This document shows positions 57,314 to 64,000 of a stretch of DNA of 64,000 nt, in pieces. A program made the position numbers and the translations under genes. Below the pieces are notes generated by a model. The model was not told the DNA's origin and did not search any database. It worked only from the letters and a program-made list of their open reading frames with translations. Position 1 is the first letter of the stretch; every line of letters starts with the position of its first letter. This stretch comes from Candidatus Omnitrophota bacterium (GTDB taxonomy: Bacteria > Omnitrophota > Gorgyraeia > Gorgyraeales > Gorgyraeaceae), in the NCBI GenBank assembly GCA_018824145.1, contig JAHJHC010000090.1, positions 349 through 64,348 on the forward strand, read 5' to 3'.

Positions 57314-60300
57314 CTACTTTTCCTCTTCATCTTTTTTGTTTTCTTCTTGAAGCTCCTCCACCCCTTCTCTAACCATATCTATATCCCTATGGTCCTTGTA
57401 TCCTGTACCTGCTGGTATTAAATGCCCCATGATAACATTCTCTTTCAATCCCCTAAGCTCGTCCACTTTCCCGCTTGCAGCTGCCTCTGTCAAAACTCGC
57501 GTTGTTTCCTGAAAACTCGCTGCGGATATGAAACTCATTGTGCTAAGAGATGCCTTTGTAATACCTAAAAGTATCGGTGTGGCGCTTGCTGGTTTTTGTT
57601 TTTTCTTCGCCACTTTCGCATTTTCATCCTGAAACGCTATTTTATCTACTTGCATCCCTATCAAAAATTCCGTATCCCCAGGGTCTTCTATTTTGACCTT
57701 TCTAAGCATCTGCTTTACGATTATCTCTATATGCTTATCATTTATCCTTACACCTTGTAATCTATAGACCTCCTGCACTTCATCAACAAGATATTCCTGC
57801 AATCTCTTTTCACCACTCACCCTCAAAATATCCTGAGGATTTATAGGTCCGTCTACAAGCTGATCGCCTGTTACGACTCTATCACCCTTATAAACATTTA
57901 AATGTTTGCCATGCGGTATTATATATTCTCGTTTCATACCGGAGGCTGATCTTACAATAATCCTTCTCTGACCTTTTTTCGATGTGGCGAATTCCACTAT
58001 ACCGTCTATTTCGCTTATCATTGCAGGATCTTTTGGTCTTCGTGCCTCAAAGAGCTCTGCGACCCGCGGTAATCCTCCTGTAATATCTTTTGTCTTACTA
58101 ACCTGTCTCGGCGTTTTAGCAATAAGATCTCCTGCTTTAATAGACGCGCCGTCTTGACAAACTATATGCGCCCCGGCAGGAATCGGATATAGTGCCAGGA
58201 CGTCTTTTTTATCATCTTCTATGACTATCTGCGGATGATACTCACCTCTATGCTCCACAATAACACGACCGCTAAGACCAGTTGCCTCATCTTCTTCTTC
58301 GACCATAGTTACTTCTTCTATAATATCCTCATATCTTACCTTTCCGCTTACCTCTGTCAATATAGGCGATGTATAAGGATCCCATCTTACAAAAATAACA
58401 CCCTTTTCTATCTCTTTGGCATCCTCTATATATAATATAGATCCGGAAGGCACAGTGTGCTTTTCAAGCTCTCTACCAGTATCATCATTTATACTTATCT
58501 GGCCATTACGGTTTAAAACTACTGTCTCACCTGACTCCTGTTGGACTCTCTTGAGATTATGATACTTAACTATACCTTTTGACCTAGACTTTATATACGA
58601 CTGTTCAATAATCCTGGACGCTGTTCCACCTATATGAAAGGTTCTCATTGTAAGCTGCGTGCCAGGTTCTCCTATGGATTGAGCAGCGATTATACCAACA
58701 GCTGTGCCAAGCTCTACTATCTTCCCGGTTGACAAATCTCTACCGTAACACTTAGCACATATACCAAGCTTTGTCTCACATGTCAAAACACTTCGGATCC
58801 TTATCTTCTCTATACCGGCTGACTCTATACGCTCTGCCTCATTCTCCTTTATCTCATTTCCTGCTTCAACGATAATCTCATCAGTAATAATATCTACAAT
58901 ATTATCTACTGCCACCCTTCCCATTATTCGTTCTCTCAGAGGCACGACCTCTTCATCTGCTTCAATTATTGCGCCTATCAATATCCCGTTCAACGTACCA
59001 CAATCCTTTTCCCTTACTATAACATCCTGAGCCACGTCTACGAGACGCCTGGTAAGATATCCAGAATCAGCTGTCTTGAGCGCAGTATCAGCCAAACCTT
59101 TCCTCGCACCATGAGTAGAGATAAAGTATTCTAATACAGTCAACCCCTCTTTAAAATTAGCGATTATAGGCGTCTCTATAATTTCACCCGAAGGCTTAGC
59201 CATAAGACCTCTCATACCTGCAAGCTGTCTTATCTGCTGTTTCGAACCTCTCGCGCCAGAATTAGCCATCATAAATACCGGATTAAATGCATCAAGTTCT
59301 CTGAATAACATGTCTGAAATCTTATCAGTGGCATGGGTCCAGATATCTACAATTTTATTGTATCTTTCACGTTCCGTTATGATTCCTCGTTTATATTGAT
59401 CTTCTACAGAATTCACTTCTTTCCTTGAACCAGAAATCATCTTTTTCTTGTCTTCCGGAATCTGCAAATCATCGATTGAAATCGATAACCCAGCAAGAGT
59501 TGCATATTCAAAACCTATCTTCTTCACATCGTCCAGAAGTTTCACGGTAACATCGTGACCAAACATTTTATAGCAATCCGCAATAACCTTACTTAAAACC
59601 GACTTCTCTAATACCTTGTTAACAAATGACATCCCTTTCGGCAGTATTCTATTGAAAACTATCCTTCCTGCAGTTGTGTCTATATAATCCTTATCCATTC
59701 TCAATTTTATCTTGGCATGTATATCTATCTCGCTATCATAGAGTGCAACTTCCGCCTCTTCTTTACTAGCAAAACCACTACCTTCTCCTTTCATGCCGGA
59801 TTTTTCCTGAGTTAAATAATAACAACCGAGCACGATATCCTGAGTAGGTGTAATAATAGGTCTACCGTCAGACGGAGAAAAAATATTATTGGACGAAAGC
59901 ATTAGCAATCTGCATTCCATCTGGGCCTCCATAGAAAGAGGCACATGAACCGCCATCTGGTCTCCGTCAAAATCAGCATTAAATGCAGTACAAACCAAAG
60001 GATGTATTCTTATTGCTTTCCCCTCTACTAGAACCGGCTGAAATGCCTGTATCCCAAGCCTATGCAATGTAGGGGCTCTATTCAACATCACTGGATGGTC
60101 CTTTATCACATCATCCAGAATATCCCAAACTTCCAACCGTGCCTTTTCCACCATCCTTTTTGCACTTTTTATAGTATGTACAAATCCTTTTTCTTTTAAC
60201 TTTTTAATAATAAACGGCTCAAAGAGCTCCAATGCCATCTTTTTCGGAAGACCGCACTCCCATAACTTCAACTCAGGCCCTATTACGATAACAGACCTTC

Positions 60301-61327
60301 CTGAATAGTCCACGCGTTTTCCTAACAGATTCTGTCTGAACCTGCCCTGTTTACCCTTCAACATATCGCTCAAAGACTTCAAAGGTCTATTGGCAGGACC
60401 TAACACCGGCCTACCATGTCTCCCATTATCGAATAACGCATCCACTGCCTCTTGCAGCATACGCTTTTCATTCCTTATAATTATATCCGGTGCCTTGAGC
60501 TCTATTAGTTTTTTTAGACGGCTATTGCGGTTTATAACTCTTCTATATAAATCGTTCAGATCACTCGTCGCAAATCTGCCGCCTTCAAGAGGAACAAGAG
60601 GCCTAAGGTCAGGCGGTATGACGGGTATCACATCCACTATCATCCATTCGGGCTTGTTCCCCGATTTGTTAAGCGCCTCTATTATTTTTAACCTCTTCAA
60701 TATCTTTCTTTTGGTCTGTTCTGATTTTTGCTCATGTAAATCTAATTTGAGATTCACAATCAATTCGTCAAGGTTGATCTCCTTCAGAAGCTCACGTATA
60801 GCTTCTGCGCCGATCATAGCCTTAAATTTATTACCGTATCTCTCACCATACTGTCTATATTTCTCTTCGGTTAAAAGCTCTTTTTTCTTAAACGGCGTAT
60901 CTCCAGGGTCAATAACAATAAATTCTTCATAATAAATGACCTTCTCCAGATCGCGCAACCCCACATTCAAAAGTAACGCCATGCGACTGGGCATTGCCTT
61001 AAAAAACCATATATGAGAACAAGGCGAGGCCAAGTCTATATGAGCCATCCTTTCCCGTCTCACTTTGGAAAGCGTAACTTCCACACCGCACCGGTCGCAC
61101 ACGATCCCCTTATACTTAACACGCTTATACTTCCCACAACTACACTCCCAGTCACGAGTAGGCCCAAATATTCTTTCACAAAAAAGCCCGTCTTTTTCAG
61201 GTCTCAAGGTCCTGTAATTAATGGTCTCGGGCTTTTTTACTTCGCCTCTAGACCAGGACCTGATAACTTCAGGAGAAGCAATCTTTATTGATATAAAATC
61301 AAAAGAAGCTGTTTCTTTAGATAACAT
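57314..61327 (-). CDS. rpoC: RNA polymerase beta' subunit
   Basis: [26 protein letters not shown]. Confidence 0.99.
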   Translation of the reverse strand: MLSKETASFDFISIKIASPEVIRSWSRGEVKKPETINYRTLRPEKDGLFCERIFGPTRDWECSCGKYKRVKYKGIVCDRCGVEVTLSKVRRERMAHIDLASPCSHIWFFKAMPSRMALLLNVGLRDLEKVIYYEEFIVIDPGDTPFKKKELLTEEKYRQYGERYGNKFKAMIGAEAIRELLKEINLDELIVNLKLDLHEQKSEQTKRKILKRLKIIEALNKSGNKPEWMIVDVIPVIPPDLRPLVPLEGGRFATSDLNDLYRRVINRNSRLKKLIELKAPDIIIRNEKRMLQEAVDALFDNGRHGRPVLGPANRPLKSLSDMLKGKQGRFRQNLLGKRVDYSGRSVIVIGPELKLWECGLPKKMALELFEPFIIKKLKEKGFVHTIKSAKRMVEKARLEVWDILDDVIKDHPVMLNRAPTLHRLGIQAFQPVLVEGKAIRIHPLVCTAFNADFDGDQMAVHVPLSMEAQMECRLLMLSSNNIFSPSDGRPIITPTQDIVLGCYYLTQEKSGMKGEGSGFASKEEAEVALYDSEIDIHAKIKLRMDKDYIDTTAGRIVFNRILPKGMSFVNKVLEKSVLSKVIADCYKMFGHDVTVKLLDDVKKIGFEYATLAGLSISIDDLQIPEDKKKMISGSRKEVNSVEDQYKRGIITERERYNKIVDIWTHATDKISDMLFRELDAFNPVFMMANSGARGSKQQIRQLAGMRGLMAKPSGEIIETPIIANFKEGLTVLEYFISTHGARKGLADTALKTADSGYLTRRLVDVAQDVIVREKDCGTLNGILIGAIIEADEEVVPLRERIMGRVAVDNIVDIITDEIIVEAGNEIKENEAERIESAGIEKIRIRSVLTCETKLGICAKCYGRDLSTGKIVELGTAVGIIAAQSIGEPGTQLTMRTFHIGGTASRIIEQSYIKSRSKGIVKYHNLKRVQQESGETVVLNRNGQISINDDTGRELEKHTVPSGSILYIEDAKEIEKGVIFVRWDPYTSPILTEVSGKVRYEDIIEEVTMVEEEDEATGLSGRVIVEHRGEYHPQIVIEDDKKDVLALYPIPAGAHIVCQDGASIKAGDLIAKTPRQVSKTKDITGGLPRVAELFEARRPKDPAMISEIDGIVEFATSKKGQRRIIVRSASGMKREYIIPHGKHLNVYKGDRVVTGDQLVDGPINPQDILRVSGEKRLQEYLVDEVQEVYRLQGVRINDKHIEIIVKQMLRKVKIEDPGDTEFLIGMQVDKIAFQDENAKVAKKKQKPASATPILLGITKASLSTMSFISAASFQETTRVLTEAAASGKVDELRGLKENVIMGHLIPAGTGYKDHRDIDMVREGVEELQEENKKDEEEK

Positions 61328-61338
61328 ATTTTTGCTCC

Positions 61339-64000
61339 CTATTTCTTTTTCCTTTTTGCCCTTTTGCGCTCTTTGCGCCTCTCTTTTAAAACCTCTTTTG
61401 AAAACACAGCAGGTGAAACACTCCCGCCACCTTCTTTATATTCTGTCCTAATATCCAGACAAAGACTCTGCAGTTCTTTAACAAGAACGTTAAAGGACTC
61501 AGGAGTCCCGGGATTAAAGCCATGCTCACCTTTTACTATAGATTCATATATCTTGGTCCTCCCAGTAACATCATCACTTTTTACAGTCAAAAGTTCCTGC
61601 AATGTATAGGCAGCCCCGTATGCCTCTAATGCCCACACCTCCATCTCACCAAACCTCTGTCCTCCGAACTGGGCCTTACCGCCAAGAGGCTGCTGAGTCA
61701 CCAGACTATACGGTCCTATTGAACGGGCATGTATCTTATCGTCAACAAGATGAGCAAGCTTCATCATGTATATATATCCTACTGTAACCTTCTGATCAAA
61801 CGGCTCTCCCGTCAATCCGTCAATCAATACTACTTTCCCATCCTCAGGAAGGCCGGCTTTATTCAATTCCAACTTTATCTCATCTTCTCTTGCACCGTCA
61901 AATACAGGGGTAGTAACCTTAAAGCCCAAGACTTTTGCTGCCCAGCCAAGATGTGTCTCAAGGATCTGACCTACATTCATTCTCGAAGGAACACCGAGAG
62001 GATTCAAAACGATTTCAACGGGAGTTCCATCCTCCATAAACGGCAGATCTTCCTCCGGCAAAATCTTTGCAATAACACCCTTATTACCATGCCTGCCGGC
62101 TATCTTATCTCCGACCGAAAGTTTTTTCTTGCTGGCAATATATACAACCACCCTCTTTAAGACTCCGGCCGGTAATTCATCTCCTCTTTTTATCTTATCT
62201 ACGTCGTGCTCCTCTTCATAAAGGACCTCTTCTAACTGATCGTTGTAAATCACTAAAGTCCTCTTTACTTCAAATTCAAGCTCAGGATCTTTTTCTATCT
62301 TTATACTAGAACTATCGCATTTTTCAAATTTGGCTATGTCTTTTTTCCTGATAGGACGACCATCTGCTATCAAGGTAGTACCTGTCTCATCAGACTCAAG
62401 CGGGGCTGACAACTTGACACCCGAAAGGAGTTTAAATAAACGCGCTTCTTTTTCTTTTTTAATATTTTCTACACGTTTCCCGTATTCATCCCTTATCTTT
62501 TGTATCTCTTTATGTTCTTTCTGCAACTCCTCTTTTGTCTTTGACTTTGGACCTTTTCTGGAAAAAATCTTCGTATCTACTACAATACCTTCTACTCCTG
62601 AAGGAACTGTCAGGGATGCATCACGGACATCTCCTGCCTTCTCACCGAAGATTGCCCTCAAAAGTTTTTCTTCCGGAGAAAGCTCTGTCTCACTCTTAGG
62701 TGCGACTTTTCCCGCGATTATATCACCTGGCCCCACCTCTGCACCGACTCTGATGACGCCATCATCTCCAAGATTCTTAAGAGACTCCTCACTCACATTA
62801 GGTATATCTCTTGTAATCTCTTCATTCCCAAGCCGTGTCTCCCTCGCCTCTATTTCAAACTCTTCTACATGTATAGAAGTAAACTTGTCATCTTTTATAA
62901 GTCTTTCGCTAACAAGGATAGCGTCTTCAAAGTTATAACCACGCCAAGGCATGAATGCTACAAGCACATTTCCTCCCAGAGCCAGTTCTCCGCCATTTGT
63001 AGCAGGACCGTCAGCAATAGTATCGCCTGCTGAAATCCTGTCTCCGGGTTTAATAATCGGCCTCTGATTTATACAGGTATTGGCATTACTCCTTGCAAAC
63101 TTCCTCAATTTATAAACAATACTATTATTAACCACAATTTCATCTGCCTGAACATACGTAACCTTTCCCCCTGCCTTAGCTACTACCAAGGCCCCAGAAT
63201 CCACAGCTGCCCGCTTTTCTAAACCCGTGCCTATCAATGGCGCTTCAGTAAAAAGTACCGGCACAGCCTGACGTTGCATATTAGAACCCATGAGAGCGCG
63301 GTTCGCATCATCATGCTCAAGAAATGGTATTAGACCCGCCGCAACGCTAACAAGCTGTTTTGGCGATACATCCATGTAATCAATCTTACTAGGCTGAACA
63401 ATAGGAAAGTTTCCTCTATGCCTACAAGGCACCCGATCCTCTACAAAATATCCTTCTTTATCTAACTTTGCATTGGCCTGAGCAACTATATATTGATCTT
63501 CAACATCAGCTGTGAGATAATCAATTTTATTTGTAACCCTGCCATGTTCTACTTTTCTATAAGGCGTCTCTATAAAACCGAATTTATTTACCCGACCGTA
63601 GCTACTTAATGAAGATATAAGACCTATATTAGGACCTTCCGGCGTCTCAATGGGACATATCCTTCCATAGTGTGAATGATGGACATCACGGACTTCAAAA
63701 CCAGCCCTTTCTCTCGATAAACCTCCGGGACCAAGAGCACTCAAACGCCTCTTGTGGGTCATCTCTGCTAAAGGATTTGTCTGATCCATAAACTGGCTAA
63801 GCTGGCTCCTACCAAAAAAATCTTTTATTACACTCGATAGCACCTTTGAGTTTATCAGATGATATGGCATCATGGTATTCATGTCATAAATAGCCATACG
63901 ATCTCTGCAGAAACGTTCCATCCTTGCAAGACCGATTCTAAACTGTTCCTGTAAAAGTTCTCCCACGGTCCGAACCCGCCTATTGCCAAGATGATCTATA
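61339..64000 (-). CDS. rpoB: RNA polymerase beta subunit, 5'-truncated by the window edge
   Basis: [31 protein letters not shown]. Confidence 0.99.
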   Translation of the reverse strand, partial: IDHLGNRRVRTVGELLQEQFRIGLARMERFCRDRMAIYDMNTMMPYHLINSKVLSSVIKDFFGRSQLSQFMDQTNPLAEMTHKRRLSALGPGGLSRERAGFEVRDVHHSHYGRICPIETPEGPNIGLISSLSSYGRVNKFGFIETPYRKVEHGRVTNKIDYLTADVEDQYIVAQANAKLDKEGYFVEDRVPCRHRGNFPIVQPSKIDYMDVSPKQLVSVAAGLIPFLEHDDANRALMGSNMQRQAVPVLFTEAPLIGTGLEKRAAVDSGALVVAKAGGKVTYVQADEIVVNNSIVYKLRKFARSNANTCINQRPIIKPGDRISAGDTIADGPATNGGELALGGNVLVAFMPWRGYNFEDAILVSERLIKDDKFTSIHVEEFEIEARETRLGNEEITRDIPNVSEESLKNLGDDGVIRVGAEVGPGDIIAGKVAPKSETELSPEEKLLRAIFGEKAGDVRDASLTVPSGVEGIVVDTKIFSRKGPKSKTKEELQKEHKEIQKIRDEYGKRVENIKKEKEARLFKLLSGVKLSAPLESDETGTTLIADGRPIRKKDIAKFEKCDSSSIKIEKDPELEFEVKRTLVIYNDQLEEVLYEEEHDVDKIKRGDELPAGVLKRVVVYIASKKKLSVGDKIAGRHGNKGVIAKILPEEDLPFMEDGTPVEIVLNPLGVPSRMNVGQILETHLGWAAKVLGFKVTTPVFDGAREDEIKLELNKAGLPEDGKVVLIDGLTGEPFDQKVTVGYIYMMKLAHLVDDKIHARSIGPYSLVTQQPLGGKAQFGGQRFGEMEVWALEAYGAAYTLQELLTVKSDDVTGRTKIYESIVKGEHGFNPGTPESFNVLVKELQSLCLDIRTEYKEGGGSVSPAVFSKEVLKERRKERKRAKRKKK

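Noticed and set aside
109-62938. Numerous plus-strand ORFs in the six-frame track
   Set aside because: They are antisense shadows of well-supported minus-strand genes and show no recognisable motifs; only the RAYT ORF was accepted
1-64000. tRNA or rRNA genes
   Set aside because: No cloverleaf with a T-loop GTTCRA in proper context and no rRNA-like segment was seen in the intergenic gaps

Overview
This is bacterial chromosomal DNA, almost all coded on the minus strand; the only clear plus-strand gene is a RAYT. The right ~27 kb is a continuous rpoB(partial)-rpoC-str-S10-spc-alpha superoperon that lacks rpmD. It is followed by aspC, leuC-like, pilT, leuD-like, icd, mdh, lpdA, nadD, a small Zn-ribbon gene, rsfS, a GAF/HD-GYP gene, argS, a shortened mfd, surA, pdxA, rsmA, gatCAB, ctpA, tsaD, mgtC, a bactofilin-HTH fusion, an HTH-TM gene, larB, two GspE/PilB ATPases, gspG and a pilin. 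The left end is accessory: GT2, an S8 protease, a REP-associated tyrosine transposase with inverted flanking palindromes, a zincin-like protein and a response regulator. Gene content suggests the PVC superphylum, possibly Ca. Omnitrophota (inference only). The strongest non-gene signal is a dense set of palindromic elements: (1) a 79-nt structured repeat with compensatory changes, present twice in the ribosomal operon; (2) many 7-nt-periodic arrays, most of them inverted; (3) two 230-300 nt hairpin elements; (4) in-frame palindrome insertions inside tsaD, argS and leuC. Other notable items are a minimal Mfd, the bactofilin-HTH/HTH-TM pair, an L17 ending in a MinD-like amphipathic tail, and pilT placed between leuC and leuD. 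I found no tRNA, rRNA or CRISPR array.
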